DNA from: a virus
Reading direction: 5' to 3' (one strand)
Length of the DNA: 64,000 nt
Virus record (IMG/VR): IMGVR_UViG_3300025383_000015
Coordinates: 36,325-100,324 of that record
In this document: positions 1 to 8,704 of the stretch, piece after piece
Numbering within the stretch: the stretch's first letter is position 1
Layout: the number at the start of each line of letters is the position of its first letter
Position numbers and translations under genes: made by a program
Notes under the pieces: generated by a model
What the model was told of the DNA's origin: nothing
What the model saw: only the letters and a program-made list of their open reading frames with translations
Database searches by the model: none

Positions 1-4
1 AAGA

Positions 5-28
5 AAGCCCTACCAAAAGGTAGGGCTT
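5..28 (-). terminator. Rho-independent terminator after nrdJ-nrdH
   Basis: Perfect 10-bp stem AAGCCCTACC/GGTAGGGCTT with a 4-nt loop just downstream of the nrdH stop; T-rich tail truncated by the window edge. Confidence 0.75.
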
Positions 29-32
29 CTTG

Positions 33-254
33 TTATTTAATTAACTCGTTAAGTTTATCTAGCCTAAAGCCTGACCACGAGTCGGTCTCAGTGACCACTA
101 CAGGTGCAGACCTGTAGCCTTTCTCTTCAATCAACGGCATGATTTCAGGAGAGTCTGCAATCATCTTTGCCTCAAACTCTATGCTCTTCATAGTAAGAAA
201 GCGCTTAGTACTTTCACACTGAGAGCAATTTGGATTACTGTAAACAGTGATCAT
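33..254 (-). CDS. nrdH: Glutaredoxin-like protein NrdH
   Basis: ITVYSNPNCSQC (CxxC), GYRSAPVV and WSGFRLD motifs; overlaps the RNR stop. Confidence 0.93.
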   Translation of the reverse strand: MITVYSNPNCSQCESTKRFLTMKSIEFEAKMIADSPEIMPLIEEKGYRSAPVVVTETDSWSGFRLDKLNELIK

Positions 255-2266
255 TGATTATCCTTCACAAGTTTAATCTCACATGCATCAGTAGTGCAGT
301 AAGCCTCACCAATAGCATCAATAGCCATACCAGCATAGACACCAGCGAAGTCGATTGGGAAGAGAGCCTTACAAGCCTCCTCGTACTCTTCCTCTGTGAT
401 CTGTGTGTACGGCATTTGTGGGTAGACATCATTCATCATAGGCAAGAATGAGACAGTCTTTAGTTGTCCGTCATACATGTGCAAAGCCGTACCAATAGCA
501 GATGCCTCTGTCTCTGGGTCAAAAGATACAGTGACAGATACAGAGTTATCTGACCAGTATCGTTGAGCCGTAGCAGCAAGAGCCATCTTCTCGTAAATAG
601 ATACGTCCTTCTCAGAACGCTTGGCTTCGCTCTTGATTGGGAAGAACACAACAGAAGTTCCCTTTGGATCTTCATTGGCTGGCTCAATACGATAGTTAGC
701 CATAGTAAAGAGAGCAAGCATTGGGTCGTTATTACGGAAGCGGATTGCACGATTGAAGTACTGACCGCCAACAGTCCAGTGAACTCCTGGAGATTCACCT
801 GCGAGGATAGAGACTGTGCCTGATGGCTTTACAGTTGTAGTCTTAATTGACTCACGAATACCAAGCCATTCAGAGTAAGACTTGTCATAGCCCTGAATAA
901 CTTTGTAGCCCTCGTCCATCCATGAACGAAGAACTGGCAAGCCCTTGTTATCTGCAAAGTTAGCAACGCCAGAGATCGATGTACCGATACGGCGATTGCG
1001 TTGCATGATTGCGTTGGTCTCTTCCCAGTGGGTAGGGAGAAGAGTGACAGTCTTTGCATAGAGGTAAGCAAACTTAAGAGTGCGCTTGAAGTCCTCAAGA
1101 TCGGTATGACGATTGAGGTATGTCTCAACCAAAGTACAGCACTCATAAGACTCAAGAGATTGTTCGGCGCATGGGTTATAGCCTGAGATGCGCCAGTCTT
1201 TGTTGTTCTCTGGATCTGCAAGTCGTCCATACTTACGAGAGACATCCATCCAGATAACTCCAGGCTCTCCGTTACGGGAAATTCCCTCGATGATAGGGGA
1301 AAGATCCTGACCTACTGATACTTCTACAGAGTTGTTGGACATCCAGCCATAGGCAGCACGCTCTGGATACATCTCATAGTTCTTAAGGTTCAAGAACTTC
1401 TCATCATCAATACGACCCATAAGAAGTTCTGCAGAACGGCGAACGTTTCCAGAGACTACGCATACACCGATGCGGTTACCGATATCTGCAATATCCGTGC
1501 GAGTAAGTAACTCACCAGCACGGCCCGCAAACATAGAAGTTACTTCTTTGTGGAACTCGATGAGGGAGTCGGGGCCAGCCGCAGTTCCGCCAAATGTCTT
1601 GATCGGCTCTCCTGCTGGTCGGATTTGGCTGTAGTCAAAGACAGGCCTCTTCTGATCTGGCTTAAGGAAGGAATTGATGAGGGCGGCTGATGACTCGACC
1701 CAGCCCTCGCGTGTGTCGGGAATGATGTAGTCGTATTCGCCTTGTGGCTCATAGATTGTGAACTCCTTATCTGCGCCCTTATCATCGAAGCCAACGCCCA
1801 CACCGAGCATTGAGGCTTCCATAAGAAAGGCAAATGGTTTTGCTGGATCTGTCTTTGTCATCGAACCTGTCGAGACAAAGGCGCAGTTCTGCAACGCTGC
1901 AGAGTTACGTTGTTCGTTAACAATAGGTGTACCCATAACCCAGAGACCACGTCCTGGAGGTGTCCACTTCAATTCAAATAGGCGATCGAACGCTTCCTTA
2001 GCCGAGGCTGCAGCCTTGGCATCAGACCATGGCAGGCGGTTTAACTTGGCGTGATCTTTTTGAAGGGAGTACATGCCATTGATGACTCGCTCGCATACAT
2101 CTACCCATGTCTCCTTCGTACCATCTGCCTTGAGGCGTGAATAGGTGCGGAGATAGGTGATCTCACCGACTGAATTTCCTGCAGCATCTTGGTAGCCAAA
2201 TGGCGCCTTCTTCGTCCTGTACGGAGCGATGAAGTCGTCAGCCAACTTGAATGAAAATAACGACAT
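251..2266 (-). CDS. nrdJ: Class II (adenosylcobalamin-dependent) ribonucleotide reductase, monomeric RTPR type
   Basis: PPGRGLW, NCAF, GNVRRSA, NPCAEQ, TTVKPSGT motifs and C-terminal CTTDAC redox pair. Confidence 0.93.
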   Translation of the reverse strand: MSLFSFKLADDFIAPYRTKKAPFGYQDAAGNSVGEITYLRTYSRLKADGTKETWVDVCERVINGMYSLQKDHAKLNRLPWSDAKAAASAKEAFDRLFELKWTPPGRGLWVMGTPIVNEQRNSAALQNCAFVSTGSMTKTDPAKPFAFLMEASMLGVGVGFDDKGADKEFTIYEPQGEYDYIIPDTREGWVESSAALINSFLKPDQKRPVFDYSQIRPAGEPIKTFGGTAAGPDSLIEFHKEVTSMFAGRAGELLTRTDIADIGNRIGVCVVSGNVRRSAELLMGRIDDEKFLNLKNYEMYPERAAYGWMSNNSVEVSVGQDLSPIIEGISRNGEPGVIWMDVSRKYGRLADPENNKDWRISGYNPCAEQSLESYECCTLVETYLNRHTDLEDFKRTLKFAYLYAKTVTLLPTHWEETNAIMQRNRRIGTSISGVANFADNKGLPVLRSWMDEGYKVIQGYDKSYSEWLGIRESIKTTTVKPSGTVSILAGESPGVHWTVGGQYFNRAIRFRNNDPMLALFTMANYRIEPANEDPKGTSVVFFPIKSEAKRSEKDVSIYEKMALAATAQRYWSDNSVSVTVSFDPETEASAIGTALHMYDGQLKTVSFLPMMNDVYPQMPYTQITEEEYEEACKALFPIDFAGVYAGMAIDAIGEAYCTTDACEIKLVKDNQ

Positions 2267-2334
2267 TGATATACCCTATTTCTTTACTTGTATAAATACC
2301 CTGAACTTTTGGGGCTCTAATTGTGAGGCAACGA

Positions 2335-2362
2335 AACATACCATGCACCTGTTAAGAAGCAA
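2335..2362 (-). promoter_or_regulatory. Putative sigma70-type promoter for nrdJ
   Basis: TTGCTT-16 nt-TATGTT with extended -10 TG in the intergenic gap upstream of nrdJ. Confidence 0.4.
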
Positions 2363-2438
2363 GTTTGACAAGTGCTGGGACAAAAGGGTAAACGACTACC
2401 CAGTTTCATACCTGTTAGTATGCTGTTATCAGATACTA

Positions 2439-3956
2439 CTAATCTTCGATAGATGACTGAATAATCTTCGTGACTGACTCTTCCTTGAGAGTTTCAGGTA
2501 GTTCACGAAGTGCTTGAGCCCTATCTCCGAAGATTGCGGACAGCACTCCACCAGAAGATTGACGGCTTGCAGTGATCTGAATGAACTCTTTATTCTGATC
2601 CATCTCGTTGACATTGCCAACCAACTTGAGTAGTCGATCGATCTCTTGCGAGAGATTTGGATCTGCGTATCCACCATTCATTTCTTCAGCAAAACGCATA
2701 AAAGCCACTCTTTGCCCCTGCATTTCGATAATTGCAGTGAGTAACGCCTTGAGTTGATCTTTTGTTTTTACCTCAACTGGCAGGTTGAAGGCGCACTGAT
2801 TCTGGGGCTTAAAGGCTGGACAATTGCTTGCAACGAAGCAGGTGTCACACTGACGAAGGCTTGCCTGTTGGGTATGAACGACGGGGACATCTCGCAGAAC
2901 ATCCTTGCCGTCATCTCCTGTCTCTACGATTGTTTTGGTCTTGAAGCCAAACACTGGAAGATTTTGCATCTCTTCTGGGGCGCGTTCTACCACTTCGGAG
3001 CGTTCTTGTTTCCGCACTTCGGGAGCACTAATGTCAGATGGTGTACCCCCCATTTCCATCATTAGCCCCGTATACAGATCATCACTGTTATCAGATACTA
3101 TGTCCTTTTTTCCCCCATCAATGACGTGGAAGGTAGGCGGTTTCTTCTCCATAGCGGACTCCATCTGTAGGTATGACCAGACTGCAACTCTAGTCGATTC
3201 GAGGGTACTATCTTTAACAAACTCAGAATAGTCTAGCCCAGCACGCTCTACGACAGTCTTGTAACGGATGCGGGCTTGGTCTTTCATGCGCTTGGGATAG
3301 CGCTTGATCTGCTTGCCGTCCCAGACGATCGTCTCGCCTCTACGCATAGGTGAGAGCCACGACAATGTGCTGGCAGAGCCAAATGGTATCTGTCGAAGGT
3401 TGTCTGGCTTGGCACAGCCAAGGGCGTGGAAAGTGGTTCCTGTCTGCCGTGCAAGACCGCGTGTGACACCTGACAGGTTAGTTACCGACTCAATCTCAGA
3501 GTTAGGAATAAGTATGTTGGGATAACGGCCCGCAAGTTCTCGCAAGTTACTTATCCCGTAGGATTCATGCCAGACTACCCATAACTTTGGATCGTTCTCA
3601 AAGAAAGGACGCTGGGCTTCAATCCACTCTCTACCTAATACCTGTGAGTCAAACTCGTGGAAGGCTAGGGCGCGATCTGCGTTGTTGACAAGAAACTCTT
3701 GGTATTCAGAGGCTAGGGCGAGTAGTTCCTGCCTTGATAGCCCAGCCTTATCCGCTTGAGCAGCACCTGACTCAATGATGACTTGAGTCTCAGGAGTGAA
3801 ATGTTCGCTAATCAGCCAGATCTTAGTCTTAGGCAACCCACGCTTACGAAGACCCCAGAAGTTGAGTCCCATCGCCTCAACTTTCATACCTTCTAAGAGC
3901 GTGCGGTTAGAGCCTACTTCGGCTCCTGAGAATACGATCTTAGTCAGAGTACTCAC
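2439..3956 (-). CDS. Degenerate TGT/DpdA-like TIM-barrel protein fused to a Cys-rich C-terminal domain
   Basis: Motif order IIESGA..., EFD, VVWH, FHALG, PFGSASTLSW...RRG parallels the DSGA / D / PVWH / HGFG / SVDSSSW pattern of phage TGT-like proteins; C-terminal CDTC-x5-C-x8-C. Confidence 0.55.
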   Translation of the reverse strand: MSTLTKIVFSGAEVGSNRTLLEGMKVEAMGLNFWGLRKRGLPKTKIWLISEHFTPETQVIIESGAAQADKAGLSRQELLALASEYQEFLVNNADRALAFHEFDSQVLGREWIEAQRPFFENDPKLWVVWHESYGISNLRELAGRYPNILIPNSEIESVTNLSGVTRGLARQTGTTFHALGCAKPDNLRQIPFGSASTLSWLSPMRRGETIVWDGKQIKRYPKRMKDQARIRYKTVVERAGLDYSEFVKDSTLESTRVAVWSYLQMESAMEKKPPTFHVIDGGKKDIVSDNSDDLYTGLMMEMGGTPSDISAPEVRKQERSEVVERAPEEMQNLPVFGFKTKTIVETGDDGKDVLRDVPVVHTQQASLRQCDTCFVASNCPAFKPQNQCAFNLPVEVKTKDQLKALLTAIIEMQGQRVAFMRFAEEMNGGYADPNLSQEIDRLLKLVGNVNEMDQNKEFIQITASRQSSGGVLSAIFGDRAQALRELPETLKEESVTKIIQSSIED

Positions 3957-4431
3957 CTATATCGGTGGGTGGTCGAGACCTTTCCACAGAACGGGCAATG
4001 TTGGCTCTATTTACTGCTTCTTCAATCTCTGCCCATGTGCGATATGGCTTAGGAGCATCTGGGCGGTTTTCTACCTTGGCATATGAAGGATGAGAGAACA
4101 GAAGTGTGGCAACTCGTTGATTCTCAAACACCCATGCACACATGGCTGGGTCAGAGTCTACATAGAACTCTACAGGGGCTTGGCTACGGAGTAACTTGAA
4201 TTGGCGTTTTTTTAGGTCGTCACCTTCAAGATGTACCTCATCGCAAACAAGGTCGTCATAGCCAATAATTCCATGGCTAAACAGCCATTGTTCTGCATCA
4301 GCCTTGGTGCGGGAAGTTAGAAGTGCAACACGATTGCCGTTGTTGAGTGCGTAATACACCGCAACTCCTGCTCGTATTGGTTCTCCTGTATCAGAACTTA
4401 GTACCCCGTCTAGTGATAGTAGTATATTCAA
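3940..4431 (-). CDS. HAD-fold protein (PNKP phosphatase-like) with degenerate motif I
   Basis: ILLSLDGVL (DxD to SxD), LLTSR motif II, FYVDSD motif IV. Confidence 0.6.
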   Translation of the reverse strand: MNILLSLDGVLSSDTGEPIRAGVAVYYALNNGNRVALLTSRTKADAEQWLFSHGIIGYDDLVCDEVHLEGDDLKKRQFKLLRSQAPVEFYVDSDPAMCAWVFENQRVATLLFSHPSYAKVENRPDAPKPYRTWAEIEEAVNRANIARSVERSRPPTDIGEYSD

Positions 4432-4444
4432 CGTTTATCCTTGT

Positions 4445-5476
4445 CTAAATGCCTGATTCTCTTCCATATAAATGCGCATTACTTCCTGAAGGATGTGGGT
4501 AATTAACAGAAGGCTTTTGTATTTGTGGTTTTGGTATGTTTGGTTTAGTGCCATCAAGGTATGTACGGTTACCTACACTGTCAATTAAGTGGCTAGGTCC
4601 TTCTACTTTAAAACCCTTAGGAGAAGTAAAAACAGAAGAACCTTCGTTTGTAACTGCAGAACTATCCAGTGGAGAAACTTTGTGAACTACTCCAAACAAC
4701 GACTGTTGTTGAGCATGTCCTGGAAGAGATCTCGTTCCGCTCATAGAGTCTTGAGCATACATTTCTGCAGTTTTAGGCTCTGAAGTAGAAAATGCTGTTC
4801 CTTGAGAAGTGGCGCCACCAGGCCTAATTACTTCTCCTGGTTTCATGGCTACATTGTTTCCATGGTACAACTGAGGTGTACTAGACGGTTTAAATTGTGC
4901 TGGGTTTGTAACTGTGTGCGAATCTGGAAGGATATTACTTGCAGGTTTAGACATTCTTTGAGCAGCACCGCCAAACATATCTAGTTGCTCTACGTGACCT
5001 GCACCAGATAGATGACCAGCATCAGAACTAATGCGAGCAACACTGCCTACAGAATCTGCACTCTTAAGCATGTCTCCGCCCTTAACAGCAGCATTTAGAC
5101 CAATATCTAATCCTTTAATTCCTTCACCAATTCCAGGAACAACCATCGCCGCTGTAGAGGCTGCGTTAATTCCTCCCATAATTGAGTGGCCAATACCACC
5201 AGCAATACCGCTAAATCCACCTCTAGAAAAGTCTTGTCCTGCTTGCCTAAAATCCGTGGCACCAGTTGTTGATGAAATGGCATTACCTAATGCGTTTGCT
5301 TTATAAGGGGAAAATGTGGTTCCACCCGAAGTGGTTGCAGGAGTTGATGTAGTCGCAGTTTGACTTGCCATTGAAGGTGCTGTTGGGAGTGTGAACCCTC
5401 CAGAAGAGCCCATAGATGAACCTGCTGAACCAGAAGTAGAGGGACCAAACTGACTACCACTTAATGATGAGGCCAT
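4445..5476 (-). CDS. Protein with low-complexity N-terminus and C-terminal Arr-like ADP-ribosyltransferase domain
   Basis: LYHG-x5-KPGEVIRPG, AFST, AEMYA, GVVHKVSP, FTSPKGFKV follow the Arr/PARP-like ART pattern. Confidence 0.65.
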   Translation of the reverse strand: MASSLSGSQFGPSTSGSAGSSMGSSGGFTLPTAPSMASQTATTSTPATTSGGTTFSPYKANALGNAISSTTGATDFRQAGQDFSRGGFSGIAGGIGHSIMGGINAASTAAMVVPGIGEGIKGLDIGLNAAVKGGDMLKSADSVGSVARISSDAGHLSGAGHVEQLDMFGGAAQRMSKPASNILPDSHTVTNPAQFKPSSTPQLYHGNNVAMKPGEVIRPGGATSQGTAFSTSEPKTAEMYAQDSMSGTRSLPGHAQQQSLFGVVHKVSPLDSSAVTNEGSSVFTSPKGFKVEGPSHLIDSVGNRTYLDGTKPNIPKPQIQKPSVNYPHPSGSNAHLYGRESGI

Positions 5477-6414
5477 TATCGTGTACTCCTGTAAGTTGCT
5501 GCTCTTCTAATAAGGGTCTGAGTATCTGGTAACTGTACGCCGTAGTTCTCTTCGGCAGTTCCTTCTTTGTACGCTTGCAAGTAGTCGTGCATCTGGCGAA
5601 GTGCTGGAATGGTTCCGTATTTCTTTCCTGCTTGCCAACGATAATTGTAGAAATCTGAATAACCTTCGCCGTTTTGGTTAAAGGCGTATCTACGAGCATG
5701 GTGAATATCATCAAACAACGCTGAACCTTGAGATAACGATGCTTGCAAACGTGTTTCGGCATTTCTGCGTGCTGCATCGTTTTGAGCACCTTGTAAATCT
5801 GCAAGGGCTTTGGAGTAACGTCCGACAATATCTGAGGCTACATCACGATCACGTTGCGCTAACGCTTCCCATACAGGACGATAAGGTGCACTCTGTTGTT
5901 GTGGGTGTACAGTCCACTCGTTGTGCGTAAGATCGTATGCAGCGTATGGGTTGATTGACGTAATGTCTGTTGCGCCAGGATTAACGTAGAAAGTTACTTC
6001 AAACCCATTCCAGTTTTCTGTCTCTGGTTGTAGGTAGGTGCGAAAATCTTCGTTGAGCATTTGGCTGATTTCTGTATCGCCAAGTCCAAGGTATTCAGGG
6101 TTGGCTTTACGGAATTGAATATAGTTTACTCCGATAAGAACATCTAGATCTCCAGGCTCACGAGCAGCAGACCATTGGTATGAAACGCCAGAACCAGCAA
6201 TCCATACATGTGCCCATAGATCGGCATGACGATACTTTTCATGCAAGAAGTCAAACAGCAACTGCATCAAGCCAGAACGAACCCAACCTTTAAGTTGGTT
6301 GCCTGAAAATAAACGAGGATCTAAATCGTGTTCAGGGGTAGAAAAATAGGACGTGGCTCTGCCTTCTAAATTGATAGGTTGAACAAACCTATCGAGACCA
6401 TCAGAGCGATTCAT
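5476..6414 (-). CDS. Pol-beta superfamily nucleotidyltransferase
   Basis: IAGSGVSYQW...GDLDVLI (GS-DxD signature), later EVTFYV strand. Confidence 0.75.
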   Translation of the reverse strand: MNRSDGLDRFVQPINLEGRATSYFSTPEHDLDPRLFSGNQLKGWVRSGLMQLLFDFLHEKYRHADLWAHVWIAGSGVSYQWSAAREPGDLDVLIGVNYIQFRKANPEYLGLGDTEISQMLNEDFRTYLQPETENWNGFEVTFYVNPGATDITSINPYAAYDLTHNEWTVHPQQQSAPYRPVWEALAQRDRDVASDIVGRYSKALADLQGAQNDAARRNAETRLQASLSQGSALFDDIHHARRYAFNQNGEGYSDFYNYRWQAGKKYGTIPALRQMHDYLQAYKEGTAEENYGVQLPDTQTLIRRAATYRSTR

Positions 6415-6426
6415 GCCCTAAGTCTA

Positions 6427-6702
6427 TTAGTTTTGAGACGGTTCTATGCCTCTATCGCTTAATGCATCTATGATTTTTGCACGTATTTCTGCACTAGGAT
6501 CAGTGGGGCGCATACCATTTATTACCAATTTGGCAACGCGTTCAGCCAAAAGTTGGTTATCAATCTCTGAAACCAATTCTTTGCTGGACTGGTAAATATC
6601 AAAGGTAGTGGCTTGTCGAGAAACTCCTTCGCCAGCAGCCTGAGAAACAGTGGTAATTGAACTATCGTCATTAATAGTTACTGTGTAGATTGCTTGAGCC
6701 AT
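6427..6702 (-). CDS. Hypothetical protein
   Basis: 91 aa ORF abutting the upstream gene. Confidence 0.75.
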   Translation of the reverse strand: MAQAIYTVTINDDSSITTVSQAAGEGVSRQATTFDIYQSSKELVSEIDNQLLAERVAKLVINGMRPTDPSAEIRAKIIDALSDRGIEPSQN

Positions 6703-7248
6703 TTACTTTCCCATCAACTTGCGTTTACGTTGGGCTACACCAACTGCTACAGGGCAAAAATCGCATAGGTAAGTTTTTGGTCCTGGTGCATCGAGGTAAC
6801 TGCCCATACCTTCTGCTTTTCTTTCTTTTTGTGTTTTAGGAATTAGCAAACGATCTTTTGCGTGCCAATCCAAGCAACCTTCTTTTGGCTTATTATGTTT
6901 GCTATAGCACTCCATTGCACCTTCCATGAAGGTAGAACGGGAGTCATAAAATGAGTCATCGAACTCTGCAAGACCAGCAGATCCTCCACCCTTAATCTGG
7001 CGAATGATCTCTCTCTTGGACTCTGTAGATGCCCAAACCCTAAGAGGAAGAACAAATAACTTGCCCTTGTGCGGTTCGCCTGAGGGAAACACATGTACTT
7101 CACACGCAACTGCAAGAAGATGATCTAATTCAACTGGGCCGTCATAAGGCGGTAACTCTTCTAAAGTTCCGCAGACAAGGCAATAAAGGAGCCGAAACAT
7201 TGGCTCATTTTCAGATTTGCGTTCTCCAAGTAGTGGTACGTTTGACAT
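6703..7248 (-). CDS. Hypothetical Cys/His-rich (putative Zn-binding) protein
   Basis: CLVC, CYSKH, CDFC; GGAG RBS upstream. Confidence 0.75.
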   Translation of the reverse strand: MSNVPLLGERKSENEPMFRLLYCLVCGTLEELPPYDGPVELDHLLAVACEVHVFPSGEPHKGKLFVLPLRVWASTESKREIIRQIKGGGSAGLAEFDDSFYDSRSTFMEGAMECYSKHNKPKEGCLDWHAKDRLLIPKTQKERKAEGMGSYLDAPGPKTYLCDFCPVAVGVAQRKRKLMGK

Positions 7249-7305
7249 AGTGCTCCCTTGTTAGGGAACCAACCTACAAAACCCTAAACGGGCTGTGGGG
7301 TTAAA

Positions 7306-7530
7306 CTAGTTGTTTTTTGGCGCTTTAGGACTGTTGTCGTACTCAGGCATTGCCCATCCACCCATGTGAGGCATATGCTTTTTTAACTCTGAGCCGTGAG
7401 GTTGACCTGAACGATAACCTTTAGGACTTAACCAACGAACATCAGCAGTATGGCTGTAATCACCGTTTTCGTGATAAAAGTTTATTTTACGCTTTGGGTT
7501 GTCTCCACGATCAGGAACCATTGTTGGCAT
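7306..7530 (-). CDS. Hypothetical protein
   Basis: 74 aa, 2 nt from the upstream stop. Confidence 0.7.
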   Translation of the reverse strand: MPTMVPDRGDNPKRKINFYHENGDYSHTADVRWLSPKGYRSGQPHGSELKKHMPHMGGWAMPEYDNSPKAPKNN

Positions 7531-7532
7531 GA

Positions 7533-7739
7533 TTACTTACCTGGGTTTACCTTATTAGGCATTTCAGAGGTAATAAACCCATAACCTGAGAATGGGTGAA
7601 GTGACTCGCGGTTACGCATGGTCTCTTCGTGACCTTGTCCTGGGATAACCTCTGTGTTAGGGCGAGCCTTGCGGTACTTGCCGTCAGTTGCACCCTCGTC
7701 AAGTGAACGGTTCATTGAACGTGAAGAGTTAACTGCCAT
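7533..7739 (-). CDS. Hypothetical protein
   Basis: 68 aa, tightly packed in the operon. Confidence 0.7.
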   Translation of the reverse strand: MAVNSSRSMNRSLDEGATDGKYRKARPNTEVIPGQGHEETMRNRESLHPFSGYGFITSEMPNKVNPGK

Positions 7740-7741
7740 GA

Positions 7742-7921
7742 TTACTTCTTTCCCTTTAAGGTTGCGTCTAAGGCTTGTGCTGTTCGGGCATAACGCTCTT
7801 TACGAGAAGTGTTTTGCCACAAGACACTGTCTTTGGTATTGGCTACATTATGGACGATTGCTCGTTCTTTAGCACTCTGAACACGGGTTCGTCTGCGATC
7901 GTTGAACCAATTTGCAATCAT
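7742..7921 (-). CDS. Hypothetical basic protein, 59 aa (not in the ORF track)
   Basis: Manual translation MIANWFNDRRRTRVQSAKERAIVHNVANTKDSVLWQNTSRKERYARTAQALDATLKGKK; ATGA overlap with the upstream gene and exactly fills the gap. Confidence 0.75.
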   Translation of the reverse strand: MIANWFNDRRRTRVQSAKERAIVHNVANTKDSVLWQNTSRKERYARTAQALDATLKGKK

Positions 7922-8118
7922 GCCATTTTTCCTTTAATTCGGCTTGCCTTTGCCTGACTTAGGCAGTTGAGGCATTTACCTTGGTTATACATAAATTCTA
8001 CTGGGTTCATAATGACTCCACAGGTTGGACATGGAGCAGATCCACGATAATGCATGGCATTTTGCATGACCTTTTTGGCTTGCAATTCCATTGTCTCAGC
8101 GCCGTCGCCATCAAACAT
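7918..8118 (-). CDS. Small zinc-finger protein
   Basis: CPTC...CLNC; TAATG coupling. Confidence 0.7.
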   Translation of the reverse strand: MFDGDGAETMELQAKKVMQNAMHYRGSAPCPTCGVIMNPVEFMYNQGKCLNCLSQAKASRIKGKMA

Positions 8119-8480
8119 TAGTTAGTCCCCAAATCGTTACGGCTGCTACCAGTGTAGCCAGCAGGAGATCCTGAGTACCAAGAAACTCTAGGCTCATGAT
8201 AATTGCGATCTACGCTTACGACATCCTCAATTCCTGGCTGAACACTTGGGCCGTAACCATACCGATCAGGAAACAATCTAATCTGTGGAAGAGGTGGACG
8301 TACCATTGTTTGAATGTCTTTTCCTGGAATACCCATCACCATAAGTGCTTGAGATGTTAAACGTTCCATGTTGCTTGACCAAGGGCCGTTATACGACCAA
8401 CGTTTTGCTACTTGATCAGGCTGTACTGGTGCACGCCATGGTTTGGTGTAGTCGTAGTTGCCGTCAAATGTCTGTGTCAT
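8118..8480 (-). CDS. Hypothetical Pro/Gly-rich protein
   Basis: 120 aa; stop/start overlaps on both sides. Confidence 0.75.
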   Translation of the reverse strand: MTQTFDGNYDYTKPWRAPVQPDQVAKRWSYNGPWSSNMERLTSQALMVMGIPGKDIQTMVRPPLPQIRLFPDRYGYGPSVQPGIEDVVSVDRNYHEPRVSWYSGSPAGYTGSSRNDLGTN

Positions 8481-8704
8481 TAGAACAACTCCCCTTTGTC
8501 ATGGTGCTTTTGCATGTGCTCTTTTGCAGCCCGCAGTGTTGGGTAGTACAGCCCAGTTGGGTGAGATGAGAACCACACTCTTCCTGTTGGAGTGTTAGAC
8601 GCATCTACTTGCAACCCACAACAACCCGTGTATGATCCTGCAAAGTTTTTCTTTACGCTAAATTTGTGACCACTACCATGATCAAATTCTTCAGATTTGG
8701 TCAT
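8480..8704 (-). CDS. Hypothetical protein
   Basis: Start reassigned to the ATG at 8704 (MTKSEEF), which gives an ATGA overlap with the upstream stop. Confidence 0.65.
   Translation of the reverse strand: MTKSEEFDHGSGHKFSVKKNFAGSYTGCCGLQVDASNTPTGRVWFSSHPTGLYYPTLRAAKEHMQKHHDKGELF

Noticed and set aside
2267-2438. Cobalamin riboswitch or NrdR box upstream of nrdJ
   Set aside because: No B12-box or NrdR consensus recognisable by eye, and the leader after the putative promoter is short; an Rfam scan would settle it
4445-4870. Rifampin-resistance gene (arr)
   Set aside because: Only the ART core pattern matches; the Arr-specific EDDPN/NPT segment is absent and the domain is fused to a long unrelated N-terminus
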